A stretch of DNA of 63,866 bases, filler included, from Octopus bimaculoides (taxonomy: Eukaryota): NCBI RefSeq assembly GCF_001194135.2. It is 4 parts of 4 records of this genome, joined end to end, with 100 filler letters (N's around TTAATTAATTAA, not from the genome) between each part and the next. Parts side by side here need not be neighbours in the genome. Positions count along the whole stretch, not along the records: positions 59,018 to 63,866 come from NW_026391249.1; 3 more parts are not named here. One strand, given 5' to 3'. The notes under the pieces were generated by a model that was given only the letters and a program-made list of their open reading frames with translations, did not search any database and had not been told where the DNA came from. Shown in pieces: positions 62,615 to 63,866 of the stretch. The position numbers and the translations under genes were made by a program. The first letter of the stretch is position 1. Each line of letters begins with the position of its first letter.

Positions 62615-62822
62615 CTGTGTTTGCCTCCACCATCGCTTGACAGACGATGTTGTGTTTACATCCCTGTAACTTTGCAGTTCGGCATTAAGCGACCGATATA
62701 ATAAGTACTAGGGTCAAAACTGCATAATTACAGGGATCGATTTGTTCGACAAACACCCTTCAAAGTTGTGCTCCAGTATGACCGCAGTGAAATGACTGAA
62801 ACATGTAAAAGAATAAAAGAAA
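62488..62822 (+). mobile_element. SINE family A lacking head
   Basis: GACCAAAGCCTTGTG...GAAACTGAAAGAAGCCCGACG(TA)(TG)n...GACTGAAACATGTAAAAGAATAAAAG. Confidence 0.8.
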
Positions 62823-63866
62823 TACGTGTACACACACACGCACACACACGTACACGCACACACACANNNNNNNNNNNNNNNNNNNNNNNNNNNNNNNNNN
62901 NNNNNNNNNNNNNNNNNNNNNNNNNNNNNNNNNNNNNNNNNNNNNNNNNNNNNNNNNNNNNNNNNNNNNNNNNNNNNNNNNNNNNNNNNNNNNNNNNNNN
63001 NNNNNNNNNNNNNNNNNNNNNNNNNNNNNNNNNNNNNNNNNNNNNNNNNNNNNNNNNNNNNNNNNNNNNNNNNNNNNNNNNNNNNNNNNNNNNNNNNNNN
63101 NNNNNNNNNNNNNNNNNNNNNNNNNNNNNNNNNNNNNNNNNNNNNNNNNNNNNNNNNNNNNNNNNNNNNNNNNNNNNNNNNNNNNNNNNNNNNNNNNNNN
63201 NNNNNNNNNNNNNNNNNNNNNNNNNNNNNNNNNNNNNNNNNNNNNNNNNNNNNNNNNNNNNNNNNNNNNNNNNNNNNNNNNNNNNNNNNNNNNNNTATAT
63301 ATGGCAAATGAAAGACGGAAGATGGAATATACAAGCTTTACCTGTAAGCCACCAGATGTAAACCGTTCATTTTATTATCCAATATATATAAATACACGCG
63401 CGCACGCACACGCACACGCACACACACACACGTATACTTCTAATATAGGATAAATTTGCTTTCCAAAAATCTCATCAAAGTGGCCAGCATATTAAAATAC
63501 CTTTTAAAGGTGAAAATTATAAACAATTATAAAAGAAAAAAGATTTCTATGCCAACATGCCGAGGAATAGACTTTAAAGCGTCAATCACCGCATACAATG
63601 TACATCGCTATGAATACACGTGGTGTATATTGTATGTGGTAATTGACGATTAAAGTCTATTTCTCAGTATATTGGCGTAGAAATTTTTTTCTTTTGCCCT
63701 TAATTATAATTGTTTATATATATATATATATGTGTGTGTGTGTGGCTCTTGTGAAACTTGGAGTTTTTGTGAAAGGCATAGTAAACGGTTACTACAATTC
63801 CACCAAAAATGCCTTCATCGCATTTCAATAATTAAATGGAGTTCTTTTACTCCAAACACAGATGTC

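Overview
Repeat-dominated, AT-rich, gap-ridden (many N runs) non-coding window. The SINE families and extreme microsatellite load point to a coleoid cephalopod, most likely Octopus (inference; no search run). I find no host protein-coding gene I can support. Nearly all ORF-track entries are microsatellite read-throughs or span N gaps. The only coding signals are decayed transposon fragments: two internally deleted mariner (DD34D) copies, two maT/DD37D-type fragments, two hAT remnants, a 5'-truncated R4/Dong-type LINE sitting in (TAA)n, and YRDD-type Penelope-like (PLE) RT fragments. There are more than 30 SINE copies from several tRNA-derived families and two Helentron-associated (HINE/DINE-like) elements. 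The most striking unexplained structure is a set of type I hammerhead ribozyme (HHR) motifs, unseen by the ORF track. One near-perfect inverted repeat (28673-28998) carries an intact HHR core on each strand. A ~346-nt partially tandem non-coding unit carries an HHR (retrozyme/pLTR-like). A ~200-nt HHR-bearing element occurs in three copies. PLE-linked HHRs are a known class, so the novelty of these particular cassettes is untested. Three 100-bp N44-TTAATTAATTAA-N44 blocks are assembly linkers.
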